Assembly (NCBI GenBank): GCA_963835585.1
Contig: CAWIGF010000001.1
Span: forward strand, 125,160 to 189,159
Reading direction: 5' to 3'
Source of the DNA: an uncultured Candidatus Woesearchaeota archaeon
Lineage (GTDB): Archaea; Nanobdellota; Nanobdellia; Woesearchaeales; UBA10107
Length of the DNA stretch: 64,000 nt
A program made the position numbers and the translations under genes. Positions within the stretch are counted from its first letter, which is position 1. Every line of letters begins with the position of its first letter. The notes beneath the pieces are model-generated. The model saw only the letters and a list, made by a program, of their open reading frames with translations, had not been told where the DNA came from and did not search any database. Positions 49,656-59,150 of this stretch are shown here, piece after piece.

Positions 49656-49665
49656 TTTTTAAAGG
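49656..49665 (-). promoter_or_regulatory. TATA-like box for the tRNA-Pro transcript
   Basis: The minus strand reads CCTTTAAAAA. The GGG at 49629-49631 lies ~25 nt downstream. Confidence 0.3.
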
Positions 49666-49734
49666 TATCGTTGGCCACTCCATAAACCAAACCAATCATT
49701 AATCTTTATAAATGAGTGGTAAGTAGTCGCTACC

Positions 49735-51048
49735 ATGCAAGGAATGTTGGTTGCCAAATACGGCGGAAGTTCAATTGCTTCCAAAAATGATATTGAAAAC
49801 ATCAAGAAGATAACAAAAGACAATCCATTGAGAAGGATTATCGTAGTTTCTGCACCAGGAAAGAGATATTCTGAGGACATTAAAGTAACTGATCTCTTGA
49901 TCGATTTGGCAAAAACAAAAAACAAGTCCACTGCCAACAAAATAGTCGAGAGGTATAAACAAATTTGGCCGGGAACTAATTCAGACGAGTTGAGAAAAAA
50001 TTTGCGAAAAAGAATGAGACAGCAAGGCCTAAACTCTGATGCATATCTGGATTCTCTGAAAGCATTTGGTGAAGAAAGCAGTGCAAAAGCTCTAGCGAAA
50101 GCGATGAATGCTGAATATGTTGATCCAAAAGATTTTCTAGTCTTAAGTTCCGATTTTGGAAATGCGAAAGTACTTCCTGAGTCATATGATAAAATAAGAA
50201 AATTATCTGACAGAAAAAGAATTCTTGTTCTACCTGGATTCTATGGATACACAAAAGACGGAAGAATAGCGACAATGAACAGAGGCGGTTCCGATTTGAC
50301 CGGCGCTGTTGTTGCGGCAGGATTGTGCGCAAGCTTATATGAAAATTTTACAGATGTTAACGGAATATTTGCAGCAGATCCACACATAATTAGGAATCCG
50401 AAAAAAATAAAGGAATTGACATATCACGAAATGAGGGACCTTGCCTATCTGGGCTCTAAGTTGCATCCAGAATCAATAATTCCTGTAGCCAATAAAAATA
50501 TTCCTATTCATATAAGATCCGTAGCTGACTATCCAAAAGACGGGACTCATGTCGTCAGTGAACGCATAGTAGATCCAAAACATCCCATTGTGGGCATAGC
50601 ATATCAACCAGGTTTCTGCTCTTTTGATATATGTCAGCTTGGTTTGCATGAAAGAGTGGGCGTTCTCAGGAACATAGCAGAAGTATTTGAGAAAAATAAA
50701 CTTTCAATAGAATACATTCCAAGCGCCATAGATGACATATCAGTTATTGTTAGAAATAGACAATTTGATGGAAAAAAGATAATAGATATAATGAACGAAA
50801 TAAACAAATCTGTTGGAGATGGAACGAAAGTCACCTTGGAAGAAAAAATAGGTTGTTTAGTGGTTGCTGGTAAGGGTCTGCGTGGGCAAAGAGGAATATC
50901 CGCAGAAATACAAGGAAAATTGGCAAGGGCAGGAGTCAATATTGAATTCATTTCTCAAGGTTCTCAGGAAAGGTGCATAATATATGGCATCAGCGAACAA
51001 GATGGGCCTAATGCACTTAATGCACTGTATGATGAATATATTAGGTAA
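49735..51048 (+). CDS. Aspartate kinase with C-terminal ACT domains
   Basis: AKYGGSS, VVSAPGK..TDLL and a tandem ACT-like C-terminus (VVAGKGL..GISAEI...). Confidence 0.75.
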   Translation: MQGMLVAKYGGSSIASKNDIENIKKITKDNPLRRIIVVSAPGKRYSEDIKVTDLLIDLAKTKNKSTANKIVERYKQIWPGTNSDELRKNLRKRMRQQGLNSDAYLDSLKAFGEESSAKALAKAMNAEYVDPKDFLVLSSDFGNAKVLPESYDKIRKLSDRKRILVLPGFYGYTKDGRIATMNRGGSDLTGAVVAAGLCASLYENFTDVNGIFAADPHIIRNPKKIKELTYHEMRDLAYLGSKLHPESIIPVANKNIPIHIRSVADYPKDGTHVVSERIVDPKHPIVGIAYQPGFCSFDICQLGLHERVGVLRNIAEVFEKNKLSIEYIPSAIDDISVIVRNRQFDGKKIIDIMNEINKSVGDGTKVTLEEKIGCLVVAGKGLRGQRGISAEIQGKLARAGVNIEFISQGSQERCIIYGISEQDGPNALNALYDEYIR

Positions 51049-51088
51049 TGGCAAAACATTAATAAACATTCCAGAGAGGTATTAATCC

Positions 51089-53461
51089 ATGACCATAGAC
51101 CCAAATGACCCTTTAGCAAGGTATAAACTGAAGAAGCTATTGAAGAAGATCGATGAACTTAGCGCTAGGCATACCGAGCTTATCACGGTCTACGTTCCGC
51201 CAGGTTATGAACTAATCAAAAAAATACAGCAACTGCAGGATGAGGTTGGAACAGCTTCCAACATCAAGTCAAGTTCAACGCGAAAGAATGTCACAGAAGC
51301 ACTGGAAAAAATGATTGTCCTGCTCAAGAGCATTGGTAAAACTCCGAAAAACGGGCTTGCTGCTTTCGCGGGAAATGTGGCAGAAAATGAGGGGCAAGTT
51401 GAATGGTTCACCGAATACATAGAACCGCCGATGCCATTGAACCAGAACTTGTATCGCTGCGACAAAAAATTCGTTACAGAACCATTGTACGAGATGGCTG
51501 CATCTGATGATATTTATGGTCTTGTTGTTTTGGACAGAAGAGATGCATCCTTGGCTGTTCTCAGAGGAAAGGCATTCAAAATCATCGCTAAAACCCACTC
51601 AGAGGTTCCTGGAAAGTTCAAGGCGGGCGGACAATGCTGTCTTCCAGATTCATTAGTGCAATTGAATACCGGAGAAATTGTCGAAATCAATGATGCAGAA
51701 TATCCAATTAAAGCCGTTGATTTATCGAACAGAAATATAATAGACACAAAGATAATAGACAAATGGAACGTCACAAAAAATGAAATTTATAAAATAACAA
51801 CAAAAAACCCACGAATGGAAATAACATGCTCGAAAGATCATTTATTCTTTGTAAGATCAGACAATATCATTGAAAAGCCTGCCTGCGACTTAACTACAAA
51901 TGATTACCTTATCGTTCCAGAAATTATTGAAGTCGATGGTTTGGTTCAGTCTATAAAACAATATTCGAATGGAAAAATAAAAACACCAAAGACAATAAAC
52001 GAACCATTTGCACAAATAATTGGCTATTACCTAGGAGATGGAAATGTCGATGATTCAAGAGTTTGTTTCTCGGAAGGCAGAAAAGATGTCGCTGAATCGT
52101 ATTTGAATAAGTGCAAGAAACTATTCAATGCGAATACACATATAAGATTCAGAAAAAATAAGGGATATTATGAAGTACGTGTCTATGGCAGACCGCTTGA
52201 ACGCCTATTCAGAGAGCAATTTCCAAAAAAAGAAGGAATTCCACTAGCGATACTGAAATCTCCTAAAAACGTAGTTGCCTCATTCTTAAAGGGATTATTT
52301 GATGCGGAAGGATATGTAAGCAACAGGGTTGCTTTGGGAATAAACGATAAACTGCTTGCAAGGCATATACAAATAGCTCTTCTAAGATTTGGAATAATAT
52401 CCTCACTCCAAGAATATGATAATAGGAGAAACCCTTACAGCGACAAACCGAGATACACCATAGAACTATGCGGAAAGGAATCCATCATTATGTTCAATAA
52501 AATCATCGGATTTTCTGCAAAAGACAAACATGAAAAGCTCGTAAATCTTATCAAAAATAAATCAACTGTGGACTACACAAGACAAATTCTTGCGACTGGA
52601 AGGGAAGTCAGGCAAATAATCGAAGCAAATGGATTCAAATTACACAATCTTCTAAAAGATATTGCACCAGGTGGTTTCTTTGTTAATAAGAGAAACACAA
52701 GCAAATATGCATTCAAGAAACAAATCCTAGATAAATTGAAAAAACACAAAAAAATATACCAAGAACTAAAGAAAATCTACGATTGCCAACTGATCCCTGC
52801 AAAGATAAACAAAATAGTGAAACGTAATAAAAAAACAAAACTAATAGATATTTCAACGCAATCAGCGAATTTCATAGCAAATTGTATATTAACACATAAC
52901 AGCGCTGCACGTTTTGGAAGGGTACGAGAAGATTCAAAACGAGAACATTTTAAGAAAGTCGCTGAACTCATGAAGGATGAATTTCTTAATATGCCAGGAT
53001 TGAAAGGAATAATCATTGGCGGGCCTGAAACGACAGTTGTAGATTTCTTGAACCAAGAATACATTACAGGAGATGTCCAGAAAAAGATTTTGGGATACAA
53101 GCCATTGAGTTATACTGAAGAATTTGGCATTCAGGAATTATTGGACAAGGCATCGGACCTACTTGGAGAAGCTGAAATCTCTGATGAAAAGAAAATTATG
53201 GCACGGTTCCTCGAAACATTGCAAAAAAAGGAAAAAATGGCAGAATATGGCTATGATGCAGTAAAGCAGAAGCTGGAAATGGGTGTTGTTGATGTCCTTT
53301 TGATATCCGAATCTCTCGATGATCAAAAAATAGAAGAGCTTGAAGACATAGCTAAAAAATTCAGCACAACAGTCAAGATAATTTCTACAGATACACGAGA
53401 AGGAGTTCAACTTAGAGAGATTGGAAAGGTAGCTGCCATTTTGAGATATGAAGTCGAATAA
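51089..53461 (+). CDS. prf1: Peptide chain release factor aRF1, interrupted by an intein
   Basis: NIKS motif (residues 58-61). GGQ (180-182) is followed by the intein. The extein resumes SAARFGRVRE. The exteins total 368 aa. Confidence 0.9.
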   Translation: MTIDPNDPLARYKLKKLLKKIDELSARHTELITVYVPPGYELIKKIQQLQDEVGTASNIKSSSTRKNVTEALEKMIVLLKSIGKTPKNGLAAFAGNVAENEGQVEWFTEYIEPPMPLNQNLYRCDKKFVTEPLYEMAASDDIYGLVVLDRRDASLAVLRGKAFKIIAKTHSEVPGKFKAGGQCCLPDSLVQLNTGEIVEINDAEYPIKAVDLSNRNIIDTKIIDKWNVTKNEIYKITTKNPRMEITCSKDHLFFVRSDNIIEKPACDLTTNDYLIVPEIIEVDGLVQSIKQYSNGKIKTPKTINEPFAQIIGYYLGDGNVDDSRVCFSEGRKDVAESYLNKCKKLFNANTHIRFRKNKGYYEVRVYGRPLERLFREQFPKKEGIPLAILKSPKNVVASFLKGLFDAEGYVSNRVALGINDKLLARHIQIALLRFGIISSLQEYDNRRNPYSDKPRYTIELCGKESIIMFNKIIGFSAKDKHEKLVNLIKNKSTVDYTRQILATGREVRQIIEANGFKLHNLLKDIAPGGFFVNKRNTSKYAFKKQILDKLKKHKKIYQELKKIYDCQLIPAKINKIVKRNKKTKLIDISTQSANFIANCILTHNSAARFGRVREDSKREHFKKVAELMKDEFLNMPGLKGIIIGGPETTVVDFLNQEYITGDVQKKILGYKPLSYTEEFGIQELLDKASDLLGEAEISDEKKIMARFLETLQKKEKMAEYGYDAVKQKLEMGVVDVLLISESLDDQKIEELEDIAKKFSTTVKIISTDTREGVQLREIGKVAAILRYEVE
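51635..52900 (+). mobile_element. Intein (422 aa) with LAGLIDADG homing endonuclease, inserted between GGQ and S of aRF1
   Basis: Starts with Cys (CCLPDSLV, block A). Block B is TCSKDHLFF. The LAGLIDADG motifs are IIGYYLGDGNV and FLKGLFDAEGYV. It ends ILTHN, followed by Ser+1. Confidence 0.85.
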
Positions 53462-53952
53462 TGAACAAAAAAGAATTCAAGAAGCTAATAAAGAAAGATA
53501 AATATCAAGTTTTATTATTTACCTCGAGATTTCCACTTCCCTACAAAATACCTCATTTCGCAGTACATTCTTGGATTGTGACGGCAAATAAAGGGAAAAT
53601 AATTCGATGGGAAGTATACCAAGTTCCTGACTATGTCAAGAATAGCAAAGGGTATATCTATTGGAACTACATTAAACCGTGGCTTGGTATCAAGAAGTAT
53701 GATAGCCTAGGTGCAGAACGACATAATAGCAAACTTATTGGAAAAATAGAAGGAACAGAAGGTTCTCTTGCTGAAAAGATGGTTACATTCATCAATACAA
53801 AAGCAACGACCTACCCATTCGCTGGCAAATATAAGTATGTTCCTGGGCCAAATAGCAATACTTTTGTTCAATGGATTCTAAATAAATTCCCCACATCAGG
53901 TCTAACACTGCCTTGGAATGCGTTCGGTAAGACATATAAAGTACGCAAGTAA
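53461..53952 (+). CDS. DUF3750-like protein
   Basis: HFAVHSWIV... and the C-terminal YVPGPNSNTFVQWIL pattern. Confidence 0.45.
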   Translation: MNKKEFKKLIKKDKYQVLLFTSRFPLPYKIPHFAVHSWIVTANKGKIIRWEVYQVPDYVKNSKGYIYWNYIKPWLGIKKYDSLGAERHNSKLIGKIEGTEGSLAEKMVTFINTKATTYPFAGKYKYVPGPNSNTFVQWILNKFPTSGLTLPWNAFGKTYKVRK

Positions 53953-53961
53953 CCTTTTTGT

Positions 53962-54615
53962 ATGAGTTTCCTCGACGAAGCACTACACAATCTTGGAGTA
54001 AATCAAACATATGAGACTACAATTAAATACAGTGACCACTTCAAGCCGTACGGCTCGAACATCAAGGTATATCCGAACAGAATCGTTCTCGGACTTAGCA
54101 GATCGTGGAAACAAATAAGCGACGAGATAAAAGTTGGATTGGCACAGGAACTTCTTGTAAAAGTATTCAGGATAAAAAAAACAACTCTGAACATGGAGCT
54201 TTACAACGGCTTCATCAAAAACATTCACATCGCAATACCGAAAGAAGAACCGGAGCCTCGGTTGTTGGCGTCATTCAATCATGTTAATGAAAAATACTTC
54301 AACGACATGATTGAACGCCCGAATATAGTGTGGGGAGATTTCACGACAAGAAAATTAGGCTCATACGATTACCGACAGGATACGATAACCATGAGCAGAG
54401 TTCTAGAGAAGGAAGAAAAATTCATTGATCTCGTAATGCATCACGAATTGCTGCACAAAAAACACAAGTTCTCTAGTAAAAATGGTCGATCATTGCATCA
54501 CTCATCTGCATTCAAAAGAGAAGAACATAGTTTCGAGAACTATGAAGAACTAGAGAAACAACTGAAAAATTATCTCATGAAAGCCAATCTAAGAAAGATG
54601 TTTAAATTCTGGTAA
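53962..54615 (+). CDS. DUF45/SprT-like zinc metallopeptidase
   Basis: HELLH (HExxH) preceded by RKLGSYDYRQDTITMSRVL, as in YgjP-type proteins. Confidence 0.5.
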   Translation: MSFLDEALHNLGVNQTYETTIKYSDHFKPYGSNIKVYPNRIVLGLSRSWKQISDEIKVGLAQELLVKVFRIKKTTLNMELYNGFIKNIHIAIPKEEPEPRLLASFNHVNEKYFNDMIERPNIVWGDFTTRKLGSYDYRQDTITMSRVLEKEEKFIDLVMHHELLHKKHKFSSKNGRSLHHSSAFKREEHSFENYEELEKQLKNYLMKANLRKMFKFW

Positions 54616-54742
54616 TAGTCAGCATCTTGTTTTTAGCAGAATTTAACCAGCAAGCAAAACAACTTATAAATCTTTTTTAAGTCATTACAAATGTTTATAA
54701 ATCATCTTCGACAGGTATGCAATAGAAAATAGAAGGTAAAAT

Positions 54743-56590
54743 ATGAAAGTAAAGGAACAAAAAATTAAAGAAAGTGTTGAAAAATTGGTGGTTGACACAT
54801 CTGTTTTGATAGAGGGCGTTGTATCAGAGAAACTTGCCTCAAAAGAAATAACACCAGAAACAATATTAATCCATGAAGCAGTCATCGCGGAACTTGAGGG
54901 TCAGGCAAATGCAGGGAAGGAAAAAGGATATCTTGGACTGGAAGAAATAAAAAAAATACGCGACGTAGCAAAGAAGTTTGATATAAATATTGTATATGCA
55001 GGAAGAAGACAGAACGAATCGGAAATACGCCTCGCAAAATCAGGGGCTATCGATGCCATGATAAGAGAACTTGCTTACACTGAAGATGCTCATTTCATAA
55101 CCGCAGACAGAGTTAATGCTCTTGCTGCGCAGGCAAAAGGAATCAAAGTAATTCTTATTGAATTTGAAAAGGAGATTAAAGACCTTACGTTCGAGAAATA
55201 TTTCGATGCAACGACCATGTCCTTGCATATTAAGGAAAACACCAAACCCGTCGCGAAAAGAGGAAAGCCAGGGGAATGGGAACTGGTTGAAGTGGATAAC
55301 ATTCTTAACAGAAGAACTGTTGAATCAATGGCAAAGGAAATCATTGAAGAAGCGACAAGAAGAGAAAACAGCTCGATAGAAGTTGAGCGCGAAGGTTCGA
55401 CAATCGTCCAGCTTGGAAGATACAGGACAGTAATTGTAAGACCTCCATTCTCTGATGGTTGGGAAATCACGCTAGTAAGACCTGTAAAAAGGCTATCGCT
55501 CGAGGATTATAGCCTTAGTGAAAAATTAAAAACGCGACTGAGCGGAAAGGCTGAGGGAGTCTTGATTGCTGGGGCTCCAGGAATGGGTAAAAGCACATTC
55601 ACCCAAGCATTGACTGAATATTATTCAAAACAGAATAAAATAATCAAGACTATTGAGGCTCCAAGGGATTTGGTTGTGCCAGATACAATAACGCAGTATG
55701 CAATCGGGCTGGGAAGCCCTGAAGAAATACACGACATCCTTCTTCTGTCCAGGCCGGATTACACCATTTTCGATGAAATGAGGAACAAAGATGATTTCGA
55801 ACTCTTTGCTGATTTGCGATTGGCGGGAGTAGGGATGGTTGGAGTCATTCATGCAACAAAACCCATCGACGCGATACAGCGATTCATCGGAAAGATAGAA
55901 ATGGGAGTTATCCCTCACATAGTAGACACTGTAATTTTCATCAAAAACGGGGCTGTCGATAAGACATTCAGTGTAAGCATGGAAGTAAAAGTGCCTGCTG
56001 GAATGACCGAAGCGGACTTGGCACGACCATGTGTCGTTATCAATGACTTCGAAACAGAAAAGCAGGAATATGAATTATATTCATACGGAAACGACACAGT
56101 TGTCATTCCGGTAACTGAAATAAAGGCACGTGGAAATCCAGTGCAGGAGCTAGCAAAGTTAGCAATTCAAACCGAACTGCAAAGATATGCAGATGAAGTC
56201 GAGGTTGACATCACATCGGACAATTCATGCACAATATATGTCCCGGAACATGATATCGCAGGGATAATTGGAAAGCAAGGTAAAAACATCGAGATGCTCG
56301 AAAAAGCGATCGGCATGAGCATTGACGTCCAGGAGTTGAAAGGAAACAGGAAAAAAAAGAAACAGGGAGAACCTGCTTATTTCAAATCCGAAATAACAAA
56401 TAAATACATCATACTCAAGGTCGATGGAAATTATGCAGGAAAGAATGTTTACATATATGTAGATGAGGAACTGCTAATGACAGCGAATGTAGGGAAAAAC
56501 GGCGAGATCAAAATAGGATCTGAGCACAAGCTTGGAAAAACACTTAGAAATGCCATTTCTTCAAGAGGCAACGTCGAGGTCAGGCTGTGA
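54743..56590 (+). CDS. PIN-domain / PilT-like ATPase / KH-domain protein (archaeal PINA type)
   Basis: N-terminal PIN (VVDTSVLIEG), Walker A GAPGMGKST, Walker B IFDEMR and C-terminal KH (IIGKQGKNIEMLE). Confidence 0.75.
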   Translation: MKVKEQKIKESVEKLVVDTSVLIEGVVSEKLASKEITPETILIHEAVIAELEGQANAGKEKGYLGLEEIKKIRDVAKKFDINIVYAGRRQNESEIRLAKSGAIDAMIRELAYTEDAHFITADRVNALAAQAKGIKVILIEFEKEIKDLTFEKYFDATTMSLHIKENTKPVAKRGKPGEWELVEVDNILNRRTVESMAKEIIEEATRRENSSIEVEREGSTIVQLGRYRTVIVRPPFSDGWEITLVRPVKRLSLEDYSLSEKLKTRLSGKAEGVLIAGAPGMGKSTFTQALTEYYSKQNKIIKTIEAPRDLVVPDTITQYAIGLGSPEEIHDILLLSRPDYTIFDEMRNKDDFELFADLRLAGVGMVGVIHATKPIDAIQRFIGKIEMGVIPHIVDTVIFIKNGAVDKTFSVSMEVKVPAGMTEADLARPCVVINDFETEKQEYELYSYGNDTVVIPVTEIKARGNPVQELAKLAIQTELQRYADEVEVDITSDNSCTIYVPEHDIAGIIGKQGKNIEMLEKAIGMSIDVQELKGNRKKKKQGEPAYFKSEITNKYIILKVDGNYAGKNVYIYVDEELLMTANVGKNGEIKIGSEHKLGKTLRNAISSRGNVEVRL

Positions 56591-57873
56591 TAGACATCAA
56601 CCTAATAAGGGAAAACGCGGAATTTGTCAAATCAAATATAAAGAGGAAAGGACAAATTGAAAAGCTCCCTCTGGTTGATGAGGCAAAAAAATTAGATATT
56701 CAGATAAAGGAATTGAAGCAAAGTGCCCAACAGCTAAGAGCGGAAAGAAATAAAATATCTGAAAAAATAAATGAAGCAAAGAAAAAAGGCAAGGATGTAA
56801 AGAAAATACTTGAAGAAGCGAAGAAAATCCCAGATAAGATAAAAGTTCTAGAGGATGAACAAATAAAAATCGAAAATCTCCTTAATGAAATAATGCAAAA
56901 GATCCCAAACATAATGTGGAAAGACGTTCCTAAAGGAAAGGATGCCACACAAAATGTCGAGATAAAGAAGGGCGGAAAGATAAAGAAATTTGATTTTCCT
57001 GTAAAAAATCATGTTGAAATAATCGAAACATTGCAGATTGGCGATTTTGAGGCGTCCGCAAGGGTTTCAGGAAAAGGATTTTATTACCTAAAAGGGGATC
57101 TGGCTTTGTTGAATCAGGCACTGATTAAATTTTCAATAGATTTCATGACAAAAAAGGGTTACACAAACATCGAGCCACCTCTAATGTTAAACGAAAAATC
57201 AATTTTTGCTTCCATGGACAAAAATGCAATGGCACAGTCCGTTTATTCCATAAAAGATGATGATTTGAGTTTGATTGGAACATCTGAGCAGTCAATACTC
57301 GCCATGCATGCAGGGGAAACCATTCAAGAAATGGAATTACCCAAAAAATACTTCTCATACTCAATGTGCTTCAGAAAGGAAGTCGGAGCTCACGGGATAA
57401 ATGAAAAAGGACTTTGGAGAACGCACCAATTCAACAAAGTTGAGCAGTTTATTTTCTGCAGACCAGAAGATTCTGAGAAAATGTATGAGGAACTGTTCAA
57501 TAATTCTGATGAAATACTCAAGGTGCTTGAGCTACCGTACCGATGGGTTGAAATATGTACAGGAGACTTGGCAGACTGGAAATTCAGAAGCGCGGATTTT
57601 GAAGTATACAGGCCAACAACAAAAGAATACGGAGAATTGGGTTCATTATCGAACTGTACCGACTACCAAGCAAGAAAATTAAACATAAAGTGTGTTAATA
57701 AGGAAGGAAACAAGAGAATTTTGCATACCTTGAACAACACAGCGATAGCGACATCGAGAATGATGGTTGCAATCATAGAAAACTACCAGAATAAAGATGG
57801 TTCCATAACCATACCTAAGGTTCTTGTCCCATATATGGGAGGAAAGACAAAAATCGCCAAGGAGGTACATTAG
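56587..57873 (+). CDS. serS: Seryl-tRNA synthetase
   Basis: MIDINLIREN start, coiled-coil arm and class II motifs (FRKE, GSLSNCTDYQARKL, TLNNTA). GTGA overlap with the upstream gene. Confidence 0.9.
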   Translation: MIDINLIRENAEFVKSNIKRKGQIEKLPLVDEAKKLDIQIKELKQSAQQLRAERNKISEKINEAKKKGKDVKKILEEAKKIPDKIKVLEDEQIKIENLLNEIMQKIPNIMWKDVPKGKDATQNVEIKKGGKIKKFDFPVKNHVEIIETLQIGDFEASARVSGKGFYYLKGDLALLNQALIKFSIDFMTKKGYTNIEPPLMLNEKSIFASMDKNAMAQSVYSIKDDDLSLIGTSEQSILAMHAGETIQEMELPKKYFSYSMCFRKEVGAHGINEKGLWRTHQFNKVEQFIFCRPEDSEKMYEELFNNSDEILKVLELPYRWVEICTGDLADWKFRSADFEVYRPTTKEYGELGSLSNCTDYQARKLNIKCVNKEGNKRILHTLNNTAIATSRMMVAIIENYQNKDGSITIPKVLVPYMGGKTKIAKEVH

Positions 57874-57874
57874 A

Positions 57875-58063
57875 ATGGCAGACGATTTTGAGGACGAAAC
57901 GTATACAGAGGAAAAGGATGAAGTGGCAGAGGAAGACACCGCTGATGAAGATCTTGAAAATGACGAAATAAATGATTGGGAAGAAGGCTTCCAGAAGGGA
58001 GAAGAAGAGGCAGAATTCCAAGAAGAAAAGAAAGAAGAGGAAGAACCGGAAGAAGAAGTCTGA
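57875..58063 (+). CDS. Highly acidic 62-aa protein
   Basis: The ATG lies 1 nt after the serS stop. About 55% Asp/Glu. It ends 2 nt before cdc6-2. It could be a low-complexity artefact. Confidence 0.35.
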   Translation: MADDFEDETYTEEKDEVAEEDTADEDLENDEINDWEEGFQKGEEEAEFQEEKKEEEEPEEEV

Positions 58064-58065
58064 CC

Positions 58066-59148
58066 ATGGGTGTTTTTAATGATATTTTACGGAGCGATGA
58101 AACGCTCTTCAAGAATGTAATCGCGCTTGATTATGACTACATTCCAAAATTGGTCCCATTCAGGGATGTGCAACAGCATCAAATGGCGATGTGCATCAAG
58201 CCGCTTTTCCAGGAAAGAAGTGGAAGAAATTTATTCATTCATGGACCGCCCGGAGTAGGAAAGACTGTCGCATGCCGTCACGTGTTGAAAGAATTGGAGG
58301 ACGAGCACAATGAGATTGAGCCGATTTACATCAATTGCTGGGAAAGAAACAGCTCATACAAGATAATGATCGCAATCTGCGACCACCTCGGATACACATT
58401 TACCCATAATAAAAAGACCGATGAACTTTTCAAAATTGTAAGAGATTTGCTGAACAAAACATCAGTGGTGTTTGTCTTTGACGAGGTCGACAAGGCAGAT
58501 GAATATGATTTCCTTTACTACATTCTTGAACAAATATACAAAAAATCGATATTTCTAATCACGAACTACAAGGAATGGCTTCTGAACCTTGATGAGCGAA
58601 TCAAGTCACGTTTAACTGCAGAGATAATTGAGTTCAAGCCGTATAGCCTGCAGGAGACCAGGGAAATTATGGAGCAGCGTGTTAATTACGCGTTCCAGGA
58701 CAATGTCCTTGACAAAGATGCGTTCGAAGCGATTGCCAAGAAGACATATGACATACATGACTTACGAAAGGGACTTTACCTGCTTCGCGAAGCCGGAAAC
58801 CTTGCCGAAGACAAGAGCATGAAGCACATCAATATAGAACAAATCAACAATGCCATCAGGAAACTTGATGATTTCACCATAAACAAGGAAGAAGGTCTTG
58901 ATGTGGAGACAAGATTCGTACTGGAACTGATAAAAAAGAATCCCGAAAGCAGGACAGGGGATCTCTACAAGATTTACACAAACAATGGAGGGAATAGCTC
59001 GCTAAAGACATTCACAAGAAAACTAAAAAGACTTGAGGATGGTAAATTCATTATTCTTGACAAAAGCGGCGGCGGACCAGATGGAAACACATCCATCATA
59101 AAACTTGCATCAAAGAGTCCTGTAAACAAAAAGCTCACAGAATTCTGA
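58066..59148 (+). CDS. cdc6: Orc1/Cdc6 replication initiator (copy 2)
   Basis: Walker A GPPGVGKTV, Walker B VFVFDEVD and a C-terminal winged helix. The start is ATG 58066, not the Arg-rich extension in the track. Confidence 0.85.
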   Translation: MGVFNDILRSDETLFKNVIALDYDYIPKLVPFRDVQQHQMAMCIKPLFQERSGRNLFIHGPPGVGKTVACRHVLKELEDEHNEIEPIYINCWERNSSYKIMIAICDHLGYTFTHNKKTDELFKIVRDLLNKTSVVFVFDEVDKADEYDFLYYILEQIYKKSIFLITNYKEWLLNLDERIKSRLTAEIIEFKPYSLQETREIMEQRVNYAFQDNVLDKDAFEAIAKKTYDIHDLRKGLYLLREAGNLAEDKSMKHINIEQINNAIRKLDDFTINKEEGLDVETRFVLELIKKNPESRTGDLYKIYTNNGGNSSLKTFTRKLKRLEDGKFIILDKSGGGPDGNTSIIKLASKSPVNKKLTEF

Positions 59149-59150
59149 CT

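Noticed and set aside
57976-58065. Arg-rich N-terminal extension of Orc1/Cdc6 copy 2 in the ORF track (MGRRLPEGRRRGR...)
   Set aside because: It is an alternative-frame reading of the purine-rich GAA/GAG tract. The canonical Orc1 N-terminus begins at ATG 58066.
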